This document shows, piece by piece, positions 12,701-26,239 of a stretch of DNA of 64,000 bases; position 1 is the first letter of the stretch; each line of letters opens with the position of its first letter. A program made the position numbers and the translations under genes. This DNA comes from Puccinia triticina (lineage: Eukaryota). The DNA lies in contig CP110439.1 of assembly GCA_026914245.1 (NCBI GenBank), positions 2,046,001-2,110,000 on the forward strand, given 5' to 3'. The notes below the pieces were generated by a model. The model saw only the letters and a list, made by a program, of their open reading frames with translations. It was not told where the DNA came from and searched no databases.

Positions 12701-14500
12701 AATCAGAACAAGAAATCACAAGCAGGACGAACTCCAAATTTCAGAAATCACAACAGAAACCTCTGGGCGGCCTATCCCTTGTATTGAGCAAACCACGAGT
12801 CAAAGAAGAATAACCAATGCTGGCTCGCTGCCGGCTTGGAATCTATGTACATGCTGTTCAACCTGTTGTGACTTTGTGGAATCAGCGGAAAGGGGAAGGA
12901 CATCTTCACCCATTTGGCCCATCACTTCTCATGTCGATCCAGTGGCAAATTAAACGGCGGCACCTCTATCAGATCAACTATCACGCGTGGCCAAAACCAC
13001 ATGTTTGAGGTTTTGAACGTGAAATATCCAGCAAGCTTCATCCCTGGCGCTTTCTTCTCGGCCGACTACTTTCTTTAGGTTGCCTTGGATCCCAAACTCC
13101 ACCAGAGTCCAGATTACAAGAAACTCTTCCAGCTCCACAAACATTGAATGTTTACCTGAGAACTGAAGCCTGATACACTGCATCTCCATCCAACTCGTGC
13201 CAATCAAAGCTTCCACGTCGTCGCCATCAAGCCTCAGATGTTTGACTCCAACAGGATTCCCTACTCTGATGTCACCCAGCTTGTCGAAAGATGGCAATCA
13301 ACGGGTTTGATTGGTCATCCTGGTCTTGTGTGCAAGGCCTGCAATGAAGTTGAACCTTCATCTAAACCCAAACCTAAGCCAAAGAAGCCAAAGAAAAAAG
13401 CAAAAATCATGAAGGACAATCCCATTGAGATTTGCCACAACCCTGGAGTATCACAGCAATTGGCTCACTACATCATTGATTGTTCAAAGCTTACCTTTCA
13501 TAAGAGCAATCCCCCTCTTCACATCAACTTCCACATTGAGGTCAGCGATGTCGATGATGTTCCTTGACGAGACAGTTTCATGGCAACCACTAACTGGCCC
13601 TTCAAGCTGAATGTTGGTGGGGCAACATACACACTCATCTCTCGAGGATATTGGAATGGCTGCCACTACTGGTGTAAGGACCTTCAGAGCACAAATATCT
13701 CAGCCAAAAAGGGAAGTTTAACAGCGGTTTGGTTGCATAACAATGTGGAGAATGAAGGCTATGCTCAACAAATCAATTGAGTGCCAAGTTCAATCGCTGG
13801 CGCAGAACAGTACACCGGCTGGCTCTTGTATTCGCGTACGTGGACGCCTTCCAAGGAAGAATACGTTAACAAATCCATCCAGAGGATGGTGAATGACAAT
13901 CCTGACGCAGTCGGAGATGTCCCCTTCAGAGAAATGAAGGCAATTTTGAACATATCTCATTCTTCAACGTTGATTGCACACAAGGGACCAGCGCCAAACA
14001 ACTCTCAATCTCAAACAGTCCACTCTGAAACACCGGCCAAACATTCTGCTTCACCTGAAGAATCAAAGCAAAAAAAGAGGACCAGAAGGAAAAACAAGAA
14101 GATGGCAACAATAAAGGAATCCAAGGAGGGTGATGTTGAATCAGACATTTCCAAAATTCTAGACCCAGACAAATTGTTCATCGCCAATCAGACCTTTGAA
14201 GACGAATCTTTTGCCGCGAATCAGACAGTCAAAGAGGAATATTCTGTAGGAAATCAGACAATCAAAGAGGAAATCAAAGATGAATCTTTCATTGCCAATG
14301 GCAATGGAGAATCTTTCATTGCCAATATTGGAATGGTTGCAGAAAATTCTTTCATGGCCAATCAGACCACTGAGACTGTTGAAGAAAAGTCTTTTGTTGG
14401 CAATTAGACAGTTTAGAACAAAATTGAGCAGCAGTCCTCCTCTCAAAATTGAATTCGGATAAAGCTCAAACCCCCCTGCCCACCAGCACCGGCAATCCCA
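9718..14500 (+). pseudogene. Multi-exon Mutator-like transposase: GCM/WRKY-type Zn domain + DDE core + C-terminal USP-like cysteine-peptidase region; decayed
   Basis: Zn region CLVALVCNNLSC...CC...C...C...HKGKHPHPWP. DDE-like core ISDVTY / VVDFS / GCREH (CxxH) / PDTTNAQESMH. Peptidase-like boxes NNQCWLAAGLES and YTLISRGYWNGCHYW...WLHNN. GT-AG introns at ~10577-10709, 10944-11032, 11218-11303, 11815-11943 and 12417-12482. Several stops and frameshifts plus a MITE insertion. Confidence 0.7.
12104..12317. mobile_element. hAT-type MITE (214 bp) inserted in the transposase gene
   Basis: ~50-bp TIRs beginning TAGAGATGGCCATT, with a perfect 8-bp TSD GTTCCCTT (12096-12103, 12318-12325). Confidence 0.92.
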
Positions 14501-14648
14501 GCTACCACCAAAAGCAAAAGACCTTCAAGGCAATCAAACAAGAGAATATAGTTGTGCATTTTTTTTTTGGATGGTTTGCAAAAAACGCGTGCAAAATAGT
14601 ATTTCTGTTAGCCTTGATGTTATTTTATGGCCTTCATATTACAATCTA

Positions 14649-14675
14649 CTAGAGTCCAAGGCGGCTGCGCCGCTG
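14649..14675 (-). mobile_element. Helitron-type 3' terminus; element body probably extends rightwards, 5' end not identified
   Basis: Minus strand reads GCGGC-gca-GCCGC-cttggact-CTAG|T. Confidence 0.65.
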
Positions 14676-17600
14676 CAACCCCCCAGAGCATGCTTTCACA
14701 GTTTGATTTTTATTTTAGCTGGATGAATTATTGTATTTTGTTGTTTGAAACAACTCAATTTCTACTCCTGATCTGTCAAACAAAAAATTCATGGAAAATG
14801 AATTAATCTGAATGTGTTGGTGTTGTCACTTTGGATTCTCAAAGTTGAAAACATATAAACTTCTCACATTGTGGCATAATCCTAATGTAATCACTTTCTC
14901 TTCAGGAAAGTAAATAGATTAAATAAGCAGATAGTTTACAGTTGCTGAAAAGAAGATCTTTTTTTTTGAAATGTGCTGGTATGTCAAAACTTTGAAGAAC
15001 CCTAACTTTAAGGTAGACTTAACCTGTCAAATAGTTTCTTCAACTAACTGCATGGATTTATCACATTCAACAGATTTCTTCCAACACCATTTTATTAATC
15101 ATATTCATTCACAGTCTTGTGCAGATACAAGGCTTTTTGTGGGTACTCAGTCTTGTGCTGCAGTGCAGCATTCAAAATTTGATCAGTAGCCGCGTCAATA
15201 TGGTTAGATCCATAATGAATGTTTGGGAATGGAGGGCTTGTGGCAGCCTAAAATGTGTTTGTTACTTCTGCTCAGAGATAAAACAAGAGGAATCTACCTT
15301 TGTGCAGGCGCCATGATCCACCAAAGGGAGATACAACCAGCAAAGTAACAGAGAAAAAAACCACATAAAAATACATATGAGGGTAGAGATGCAGAGATCA
15401 CACAAAACACCGGCTGTGTATAGCATTTGGCCCAAGATGGTGCTGTTTTTTGGAGGGAGGAAGGGGGGGCTATGTGATGAGTCTGATGGAGGACCTATTG
15501 AGGAACGGCAGCGGGGAAGAGTTATATCCAGACAATTTTATTCTGACAATCCTTCATCCATCCATTTCGTGACCTGGATAGACACAAGGAGAAAGGGATT
15601 CCTCTGAGTATTAGATGGTGAGGAGGCGGATGGAAGAGTAAGGCATTGCTTACCCGGTCAATCAGCAGCGGGTAGTGTGCAATTCTCCTCTACATAGGCT
15701 GGAGCAATTAATGCTTGAATTTGAGGCCCTTAACTTTGAGACCATTGAGCGGGTCAAAGACGGAGTTTCGGAGTCTCAAGTTGGCGAGGGAGTGCCTGGG
15801 CGCCGGGCGTCTGGGCCTGGCGGCCCTCCAGCATGCTCACAAACGGCTTCCGGAACAGCACAATCTCCTCAATGTTTACAAAGATGATTGGCACCCCCCG
15901 CACACCAATCAGCAGCTCAAGCTCCCCGTAAAACACCTACAAGAAGATCTAGTAGATCTTGACAAGGACCACCTCCGTCCAGATCAGATTGTATATTGCT
16001 TCCTGGCGGTTCTGCTCCTTCTTGGAATATGTAGAGCAACCAGGTGGATCCATCAAGCTAGACGAAGTCTGATAATTAGGTCCACAGAAGGTACAGGTAA
16101 GTTTATTTGTCTTGGGGAGGGGTGGATGGTTGGGCCAAGGAGTGAGGAGGACACTTACATTGCCAGGATTGACATTGAGTTGAGTTGAGGGTGAGGTTGC
16201 TAATGGTCAACGGCTGGCGTTGTGGTTGAGAGTGTTTGTCAAAGGTGTGGATGGGGCCTCTGAAGGCCAGAAGACATCTATCATGAGGGGAGTTGACGGT
16301 GCTTCTGGTAGGGCGGAGGTTGAACGGGTGGTCGCAGATGAGATGGATTTTGCCATGCCCAAGAGCCACAAGCAGAAGGTGTTGTGAGTTGATGGGACGG
16401 CCGCTGCAGTGGCGTAGATTTGAGTGCAAATATTGGGGGCTGGTGATGGGGCTTGAGTTGCTCGCAGATTGCGCAGTTTTCAGATATCATTAGGATCCAT
16501 TTTGGCTCCGGATGGTCTGCTGAGCAACTGAGAGTGAATTAGTGACAACTTCGTCATAATGAAGGAAGTACCAGGTACCATGGTTGTCGTCATTGTCACA
16601 CTTTCAACACCTAGCCGGTCAAAACACCAACAGGAGGGGCGTGGCGGTGGCGTAGTTGTTAGGGCTTGATTAATGTGGCACTCGAGTGGGTGGATCTTGA
16701 GAGCCGTAGTGCTTGATCTTCTATAAAACAGGCTTTGACTTGCTTGTTTGTTTCCCCCAGGGCGTCCTCTGCCGCTGTACTTCCAGCGTGCGGTTTGTGC
16801 TCAACCCCCTCCGCTGTTGCACTTGCACAGTTTGAGGGGCTAAAGAGTTGGCCCCCGGGTTCTGCAGCCTTTGCTGCGGGATGGGGGCCTTCAACACCCT
16901 TCCTTTTTGACCTTTGCGCTTGACGCGGGCTGGAGGTTGGCCCAGACGCAACAGCCATTGCTGTTCACAACACCTTTGGTGTTGTTTGGGGGCATTTGAG
17001 ATTTCTTTTTTTTTCAGTTCCGTTGTATGTGTATGAAACCTTGTTTTTTTTTTGTGTTTTATAATAAGGGGAAACCCTTGATGTTTTTTTCCCTATTTTG
17101 ACAAAATGTAAGGGGAACCCCTTGATTTTTTTTCAACTTTTTACAAAACTGTGTCTTTAATAAACTTGGATTCTGAGAAATTTGCGCAAAATTGGAAAAT
17201 TTTCACTTTCATTTTTTTTCTGTCATAATCATTCTTAGGAACTTATTTTACACCCCTGCAGCCAATCCCATGACTTTGGGTCTGTTGCTTGAGCTTCTGC
17301 AATGAAAAATGCAGTTCCAAAAACATTAGATGACCCACTGTACATACATACTTGAAGATTAGCAAATCCACCAAATTAGACCCACAGTGCACGCAGCATG
17401 TGCTCTTGAGAGGGCTTCTGCCCGCTGTAAAATTTTGATGGGCTTTGGGTACCCCAGTGAGAAGGTATTTTTTCTGTAATTTCTTATAAAATTACATTTC
17501 CGACTCCCAAATTCAATCTATGCGGGGAAATTACATTTCAACTCCCAAAAATTATGTTTTGGGAGTCAGAATGTAAGTTTTGGGAGTCAAATAGTCAAGC

Positions 17601-17742
17601 CCCCCAAAGAAAGCCAAAAATTACATGCAAGTACAACATTGGTGCGCAATATAAATAAACACGTGTGGAACTGGTTGTTGCTACACATAATGGATGCCGC
17701 AGTCAAAATGTTTTAAACAGCCAAACAGTTGACAGTATGAAA

Positions 17743-19015
17743 TCAGCCGGCAAACAGCCGGATGCCGAGGTAGATTGTTGATCCGCCGAGACGGATCAGC
17801 GCCACTGTGGAACAAAAAGGGAGGGGAGAAGTTGGAGGATTGGTCAGAAGGACGGTCTGATGATTGATACCAGGGCGGAGACTTACTGAAGGCTACAAAG
17901 CCAAGAATGATGATCATGTATAGCCGGACCTTCAAGCTGGCTTTTCCCAAAGCAAAGGAGCTTCTCACATCGCCATCCAATATGCAAGCGACCACGATAC
18001 CCTAGATAACCCAGCGCTCAGCGAGTGTACCTATAAGAATCGATCAAGGCGGATCGGGAGGAGACTTACGTTGGCGAGCGTCCAGAGCAGGACAACGTTT
18101 GTTCGGACGCTTTTGTAATAGTCTTGCTTTAGAGCTTCTTTCTCCTTGTCCGACCGGTTCTTTTCGACCAATTTCGGCCGAGTTTTCAGGTTCATCAGCG
18201 CTTCGCCATAAGTCTGGTCAAGATCTTTCTGCTCCAGCGGGCATGTGATCTCTACTTTCGAATCGCCAGCAAAGACTGCCACTCCCAGGTCGGTTAATAT
18301 GATGTTCTGGTACTTCGTTCCCCAAGAAAACTCATGCTACGCCGTGTCAAAAGGGTACGCACACGAAATTCAGTCTGAGAATCGTCAAAGAATCACACAG
18401 TTGTGTGGGACCAAATTGCTGGCTTACAAGGTTTGCGAATGCATAGACGTTGAGTACGTTGATATATGCTGGGGCCAATAACCTGAGAGGAATAAACACT
18501 CAATGATGAGTGATGTTTGGTTCAAATTCTGATAGATTGGCTGAGTGGTTACTCACAAATACTGCAACATGCAGGTTAGCAAATGCCACGGATCTAGCGC
18601 CAGGACACTTGACGTGATCCAAGAACCTGAGTCGAGCAAAATGCCAGATCAGTCAGCGAGCGGGTCAAGGATAATCGGATAAGAGCAAGATTGCTCGATC
18701 TTACCGAAAGTAGCAATCAATGAAATGACGACTTGCGCATACAGGGTGGCATTCGCTCCACCCTTGACTGTCAAGGGTGGAGCGAATAAGTTGACAGCTT
18801 TGACTAAAATCAACACACACGCGACCAACATGTAGAGTGCAAGGCATCCAAAAATTATCATAGCAGAAATATATTTCCACTTGGCCCTGGGAAGGATAAA
18901 ATGAAAGTCAACTATTTGTTTTCAGGCTAGTAACTGAAAGTCACCTCACTGACCCTTGTGGCCGGTTTCCCATGGATAGCAAAAAGCACCCTTTCAAAGT
19001 TCCAGTATAGAGATA
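17743..19015 (-). CDS. CHS: Chitin synthase, C-terminal transmembrane part (last 7 exons); catalytic 5' exons are not in the window
   Basis: Approximate exons 19015-18954, 18886-18705, 18626-18557, 18482-18428, 18336-18070, 18002-17887 and 17804-17743 splice in frame through GT-AG sites. They give SMGNRPQG, LDPWHLLTCMLQY, YINVLNVYAFANLHEFSWGTK and DYYKSVRTNVVLLW, typical of class I-III fungal chitin synthases. Confidence 0.9.
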
Positions 19016-19051
19016 CTAAGCAATAGCATTCTACACATGTTAATCATCTTA

Positions 19052-19201
19052 GGCCCCGTTTGGAGCCAATATAATTCAGGCAATATATAAGTTTTTTTGT
19101 ATGACATCCTATATGACATCTGATCAAGTCCGCCAAAACTTGACCAGATGTCACAAGTTTCCAGATTATATCACGCAATTATATCGGCTCCAAACGGGGC
19201 C
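19052..19201. mobile_element. Tourist-like (PIF/Harbinger) MITE, 150 bp, in the chitin synthase intron
   Basis: 16-bp perfect TIR GGCCCCGTTTGGAGCC with TTA on both flanks (19049-19051, 19202-19204). Confidence 0.92.
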
Positions 19202-19416
19202 TTACTCTTGTATGCGACTAAAGCGAGCAAGTAATCTTATGTGTAATAAAGTATTGATTGTTGCGATACAGGACAGAGAGGAGTACAGGTGGATGACTGC
19301 GGCGAAGCAGTCAGGTGGAGCGGGCCCGGTACAACCTTGTCTATCATAGCTTTAGGTTTAGAAGCTTGTACTTAGACTTTAGTATCTTGTACCGAGCCTC
19401 CTTTTCTTTTCTTCAC

Positions 19417-19830
19417 TCATCTTTCTCCGAGTCATTCCCCTTGCACCAACAGGTGCTTAGTTCATTTCCCTTCTCTCTCCCGTTCGTCGTCGGCCTCCCA
19501 TCACGGCCTCCTTAGCTCACGGCACGCTGTTCTGGTTTCTCAGGTTTGCTTGTCTTTTCCCTCTCTCTGTTCCTTTCTCTCTTGTCTTGCTCCCTATGCA
19601 ATGTGATCACTCATCTTTCTCCGAGTCATTCCCCTTGCACCAACAGGTGCTTAGTTCCTTTCCCTTCTCTCTCCCGTTCGTCGTCGGCCTCCCATCACGG
19701 CCTCCTTAGCTCACGGCACGCTGTTCTGGTTTCTCAGGTGCTTAGTTCATTTCCCTTCTCTCTCCCGTTCGTCGTCGGCCTCCCATCACGGCCTCCTTAG
19801 CTCACGGCACGCTGTTCTGGTTTCTCAGGT
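19417..19830 (+). repeat. Tandemly reiterated LTR 3' segment (~90-130 bp, three copies)
   Basis: caggtgcttagttc...ggcacgctgttctggtttctcaggt occurs at ~19450, ~19644 and ~19735. Confidence 0.85.
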
Positions 19831-20297
19831 TATGAGCCCAGCGTTAACGAGCTAACAAGTCCCAGGAGTCCCGACTTGACCTACTCCCTTACCGATCCAA
19901 CTTCCTCAGCACCGTGGCGGACCAAAACTGTGACCAATCCAATCCAGTTCCTCCTGCGCCATTAGAGAACCAGGCGGAGCCTTCCCTCGAGCCGGAAGAT
20001 ACAACTCCGCTGGCGTCTGTTAAGGTCGAAGCTATAGAGAAGAAAGACCTAGTCCTGTCTTGTCTTGGCAAACTATGTAGATTGCTAGATGAGGAGAGTT
20101 TGGAGATCTCTCCTCCGCTCTCCCTTAGGATGGAGAGCTGTGACATGTACTAACTACAACATGTCCCAGGCGTGACATAGCGTACGGCGCGCGTGCAGCT
20201 CATAACACTATCCCGCCTTTAACGCCCAAGCCCCCGGCTCTGCGTTCTCTTCCCCGGGCAGCATTAAAAAAACCCTGTGGGTAAAAAAGCTTAACCC

Positions 20298-22495
20298 TCA
20301 TAATCTCCTTGTCCGTTTGTGTCGCATCGCCGCCTGTGGAAATGCCGTGTTGAATTCGTCCAGTAGTTGTTTAGAGTTTTTCAAGTGATCTTCCGGTTCC
20401 CATGAGTTGTGTTGCGGCTCGTAACCTTTCCAGCCGATCAGATATTCCAGTCTTTTTCCCCGTTTCCTGCAATCCAATATCTCCTCGACCTCCCATTCGT
20501 CCTCGCCCTCCACCACCACCCGATCTGGCTGCGCCGCTTGTTGTCCTACAATGCTATCCGGCTCGTGTTTCCTGAGAACTGAAACATGAAAAACTGGGTA
20601 TACCCCTCTCATTGAGGGAGGCAGTGTCAGTTTATATACCGAATGTGAGATTTTTTCAACAATTGGAAATGGGCCTAGCCATCTATGAGCCAGTTTCGCG
20701 CTAGGCCGCGTCGTTGAAATGTTTCGACCGTTGAGCCACACTGCATCGCCTACTGTCCATTTTGGCGTGCTGCGGACGCCGCGATCAAATTGGGCCTTCA
20801 TGACCTCTTGCGCACCTTCCAGGCCGGCCGCTAATTCCTCTTGCACCTTGGCTAGCTCTTGTAGTCGTGCCTCCACTTGCGGTAGGCATTGCTCCGACGA
20901 CGGTATCCCCGCGAATGTCGGCTCGAATCCGTAGTTGGCCTTGAAGGGCGACATCCCAATGCTCACGTGTTCACTGTTGTTGTACGCGAATTCAGCCGTT
21001 GCTAGTAGGTTATCCCAGTTGTCCTGCCTGTAGGTGACGAAATGACGCAAGTATTGCTCCACGGCCTTATTCACAATCTCGGATTGGCCATCTGTTCTCG
21101 GGTGGTAGGCGGTGGAAGCACAGAGTCTGATGCCGAGGCGCTTGTTCAGCTCTTTAGTGACCTGAGAAATAAAGATGCTCCCCCTATCAGATACAATGGT
21201 CTTGGGCGTCCCGTGTAACTTCCACACCTGTCGAGTCATTAGATCTGCTAGTTGGTTCGCTGTGACTGATTTATGGCAGGCGAGAAAATGTGCCATTTTC
21301 GTCAACCGGTCTACCACTGTCAGGATACAGTCGTGGCCATTTGACTTCGGGAGGTCGGTGATCAGGTCGTAGGAGATGTCGGTCCATGGTCCTGCGGGTA
21401 TGGGTAGTGGTTCTAAAGCTCCGTATGGTTTTAACAGTGACGGCTTTACCCGCTGACACGAGCTACACCCGTCGACATAGCGGTTCACAAACCTCTTCAT
21501 CGATGGCCAGTTGAAGCAGCGTCTAATCAACGCCAGAGTCTTAGCCCTCCCCGGGTGGCCCGCTAATAGACTGTCGTGCCGGCTCTGTAATATGGCAGTC
21601 TTGATGTTGTCGTTTGCCGGAACCTCGATCCTCCCCCGCCTATACACTAGCCCGTCTACGCTAATGAACGCAGATTCATCTTGTCGACCCGTCTGTCCCT
21701 TCAGGTTGTCTATTAGCTCAGCTAGTCGTGGGTCCTTGGGAGTAGCAACTCGAATTAGACTTAGCAATTCGGTGTCCGGTAGTATGGCGTCTGCCCTCTC
21801 CTCCGGTTCCCCCGGGTCTTTGATTCCCATGACATCCACTTCGAACCACCTCGTCGCTTCCTCTGCCTCAAAAGATTCGTCCACAAACCAGCAGTCGAGC
21901 TCTGCGACCTCCGCAAAAGTTTCCGGCGTGATATTTTCCGGCCGGAGGAGTTGTCCGAATGATAGCTTGTCTTCTTTTGTCGGGGCTAGGTCAGGGCGTC
22001 TGGATAACGCATCCGGTTTGGTGGCCTGTCTACCGGGTCTAAAAACAATTTCAAAGTCGAAACACCCTAGTGTTTCGGCCCACCGCGCTTGCCGCCTTGT
22101 TAGTTTCTTTGTTGTCATGAAACTCTCGAGATTACGGTGGTCCGTGTACACTATTGCTTGCAGTCTGTGTGGGTTGCCTTCTAGATAGTGTCGCCATTCT
22201 TTGAAGGACGCCACAATTGCCAGTAATTCTTTGTCGAAAATTTCATAGTTCCGCTCGGCCTGAATCAAAGATCTGGATAGAAACGCCACCGGGTGTAGTT
22301 CGCCGTCCTTGGTGCAAACCTGTGAAAGTACTGCACCGAGGGCAAAGTCTGAGCAATCACACTCCAGGATGAACGGTAGGTAGGGATCCGCAATCTTCAA
22401 TACCGGCGCCGTAGTAAACGCCGTCTTCAGTTGTTCAAACGCCGAGTGACACCGTGAGTCGCATTGGAAACCTCGATCCCCCTTTGTCAAATCGT
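20298..22495 (-). pseudogene. Gypsy B pol, 3' segment: RNase H, integrase, chromodomain
   Basis: ECDCSDFALGAVL, NYEIFDKELLAI, H-H-C-C zinc finger, SDRG, GPF motif and EWEVEEILD...YLIGWKGY...SWEP. Confidence 0.95.
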
Positions 22496-24139
22496 TGTGG
22501 TAGACGGAAAAGTGGAAAAATAAAAAGGTTTTTTTCTATGCCACATAATTACTCATACTAGGCCTCAAGATACCATCAAATGGACCCCAGAAATGGATTC
22601 TACGGCCAATTTTACCCTTAGTCACCACTGGAAGCACCCCTGGACCCCCTCTAGCGTGGAAGTTACATCTCATGGACACCTATCACACGGCCAGCCCCAG
22701 TAACCCAGCTGTCACCTGCCTCAACCCAAGTTTCACAGTAGTACACTTATACATATCACAGGATACAAACATACATCTCCCTGTCAGGCTACACTCATTA
22801 CATATTAACTACATACACTCCTTTATATACATAGTATGACATCATTTACACTGTTTCTGCAGCCTCAGACTTTGTGTATACACTAATTCCCCCTGTATGA
22901 CAGCTCATGCAGTCTACTGTCACCTCATGCATGCGTTAGAATGTTCTGTTGTATATTCTGACACCATTCATGCGCCCCTGAGGGGCTATGACATCATTTG
23001 TATCTACTCCCACCAGCTAAAATCCCTCACCCTGTTGTCTAGATTAGCTGAAACCCTAACCCACAAGCCCCTTTGGGGCTCCCCTTTTGTCTATAAAAGG
23101 AGCTCTCTCCACCCCCAGTGGCCTGCTCCCCAGTTCCTCACCCAGAACTCACAAGTCACCCAACACTCATCCACACTCAAATCCTAAAACCCTTATAACA
23201 ATAAATCAACCCTTATAACAACATTTCAACCCTTATAACAAAGTAATTGAAACACTTACACGTTGCCAGTCAAACAGATTTCATCTGGAACAGACCAGAC
23301 CTATCACTTAATAAAACTTGCCAAGCTGAGCTTGGTGGGTCTTGTTGACTGATAACAGAAGGGCAGAGCTTGCAACTCCATCATACCCTTCACCATTCAG
23401 CAAAAGGGTTTCATTACCACTTTTGAGTCTTACAAGGGAGTCCCCAACGTGATCGGATAACCCTGTTTGATCAACCACATGTAACGAACTTCAATTCAAC
23501 CCAAAGTAATCGCCAAGGAATCTAAATCTTGCTGGTGACAAAAGGATCAAGCCATCAACAACTCTAGTACAGACAGTGGCATATTCATTTATTCCGTTGG
23601 ACAACTAGTCTACTTTTGAACCATCCCAGGAAACAATTTCAACTCAAACCAGAAGGACTTGCCAAAGGATCTGAACTTCTAGCGGCAAAAGGAATCAAAT
23701 TTATCAACAAATCTAGAACAATCAACAGCATATTCAGTTATTCTGTTGGACAACTAGTTGACTATTAGGAACAATCTAAGGAACCAACTACGAACCTCTG
23801 AAAGGAACACATAACTACCAAACCTGAAAGGAGTGTTTCGAAGGAAGCAGCTAATTATATACTGGAAGACGGTGTGTAGTACCTAAGGATCTGGATAATT
23901 AGATACTGTTAGAAGAAAACTCTGGAGCCAACTCGAAGGAAACAGCCAATTATATACTGAAAGACGGTGTGTAGTACCTAAGGATTCAGATAATTAGGAT
24001 ACTGTTTGAAGAACCCTCCCAGCACGGTAAAGTTATTTATATCAATATTAAACCCCCCCCAATTTGCCCTGGTAAAGAGACCAGAGACCAGATATTATTG
24101 TTTCTTTTTCAGAGCACAGTAACAGTTACCAAGGATTGA

Positions 24140-26239
24140 ATGTATAATGAAACTACGGAATCAACAAGAATCAACATGAATTTATTGTTTGGCGTACCAG
24201 ATTTTGAAGATACAATTCTTCCAGAAACCACTTCAAGGAAAAGGCCTTTTACAGGAACTCCAGCTATGATTAGGAATATGGAAAATACAATGTCAACTTG
24301 GCCAAGGAAAGACAAAGGGAAAGGACAAGAGAATAAATTCAGAGATCCTGCTGAAGAACACTTACGTGACTCAGATGAAACTCAACAAAACCAGAATATT
24401 CCACTCAGAGGCACTGTGTCACATCAACAACCATCTGCTTATGGAATCAACAAGAATGAAGCCATTCAAGAACCTACATATCAACACAAATTTCAACAAA
24501 GACAACATTCAGAACATCATCAATATCAACAAACAACATATTATCAACATCAACCAATACCTTATCAACAACCAAGTCTATCATACCAAGAATCCGATTA
24601 TCCACCGGGAATCATTGATGACAATGAATTATTCTACAATGGAAATTGATTCTTTGAATTCCTACGGAGATACAAAAGGGCAGCAGATTGGTTTGGTTCA
24701 ACAAAATTTCAAAGAGCTCTTCAGATTGGACAATTTATACGAACAGAGGAACTGAAGTGCCAAATTGAGGATATGGATGGTTACGAAGAATGCAACTGGG
24801 ATACCCTGCGTAAGGAAATGATTGACACCTGGGGAGAATTTGATTCTTCAGTTTTGTACACCAAGAAGTATCTATTCAAGGTAGCAGAACAACAGGCCCA
24901 ACAAGGAATCTTAAACTACCAGGCTTACAGAAGATATCTTGGAAAATTCAACACAATACTTGATTACATGATGGAATCCTACCAGGTTTGGAAGAAAGAA
25001 GAAGCCAGTGTTTTATTCTTAAGTGCCTTTTCAAGAGAAAGTCAGGAAAACATCAATCAAACCTTATTCAACAACGGCCAGCTTCAGAGAAGTAGGAAAT
25101 ATGAAGTTACCGAATGGAATCACCTGGTTGCCGCTGCAGAAATGGAAGTTATACAGATAGAGGAATACTTCTGGAGAAAAATCGAAACTCTGCAGCAAGA
25201 ACTTGTGGAACTCCAAAAACAAGCAAAGGCACTAGACTTACCTCCGGATTACAACCAGCAACTCAAATTCACAGAAGAACCAAGTGAACATGAACCGGCC
25301 ATGGAAATCACACAACCTGTTATGGATGTTTTGGAACCAATAACAGATAATTCAGAACCTATTACGGAAACGGAAACTTACTCTCAGGAATTGGTTTTTG
25401 AGCAAGCGGCCTCAACAATTCACCTACAGGATATGGTGGTAAACCAGAAAACAGTGTCAAACTTAATGGATACACCAATGGAGCTTAAACACTTTGTTAT
25501 TGACATACCAGAATTTGTCTCCAATGATGTGGATATGGCAATCAGCATGGATCAGGAAGGAATTTTGGATCAATCTATTCAACAAAACCAAACTGTGGAT
25601 CATCAGACACCTCAAATCAACAATCATGACTCACAAATTGAAGATTCTATCCTTACAGAAACAACAGTTCAGGAGTCTCAATTTTCTCACATCCCGGCTA
25701 TAGTTTTGATTGAAGATATCAACAAACCGGGAAGCAAGATTTTCAACAAGCACCTCTTTAAACCTCACTTGGATCAACAAGAAGAAATTTTCAACAAATT
25801 TAACCTTCAAGCCCCAGGACCCACAGATACAGACCCTGGAGAAAATGAAGGCAAGACTATCAGTATATGCAACCCAAGTATTAGTACTACTACAGATCTC
25901 AGCCCAACAGACTCACAAATTCCAATCGGTCCAAATCCAATCTGTACACCCTCTGAAGACATGTTTATCTTGCTGCCTGCACCGGTTCCACCAGATATTA
26001 ACTCAACAACAACAAATTCAAGTGGCAAACTCAATGAAGGCCATGCAGAACCTAAACAAGAGCTGGAAAGATCATTCAACAATCTATATCAACTTGGACA
26101 ACAAAAGAATCAAATTATTTACTTATTTTACTCAATTAGAAAGCTCCTTTTTCAAGCATCACTAAAGATTCCGCCCGATCGCTTTGGACAACTTCAGACA
26201 CACTTCAAACTGCCAAGGCTCCTTGTTGGAATTGGTTAA
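24140..26239 (+). pseudogene. Gag-like ORF of element D, broken by one in-frame TGA (24647-24649)
   Basis: ORFs 24140-24649 and 24773-26239 share a frame, and the linker FFEFLRRYKRAAD...IEDM is open. Gag-like motif FLRRY...WDTLRKEM...W. Confidence 0.65.

Noticed and set aside
19205..19241. An additional chitin synthase exon between the MITE and Copia C
   Set aside because: The required frame contains TAG and the implied intron would be only ~37 nt, so I treated it as intron.
23435..23448. Self-priming PBS for element D (AGGGAGTCCCCAA versus TTGGGGCTCCCCT at ~23073)
   Set aside because: The match is imperfect and the partner lies upstream of the likely TATA box (~23092), so it is probably not transcribed.
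24647..24649. Programmed stop-codon read-through in the gag of element D
   Set aside because: The T-TGA context fits the TCG>TTG mutation pattern seen throughout the window, so a simple nonsense mutation is more likely.
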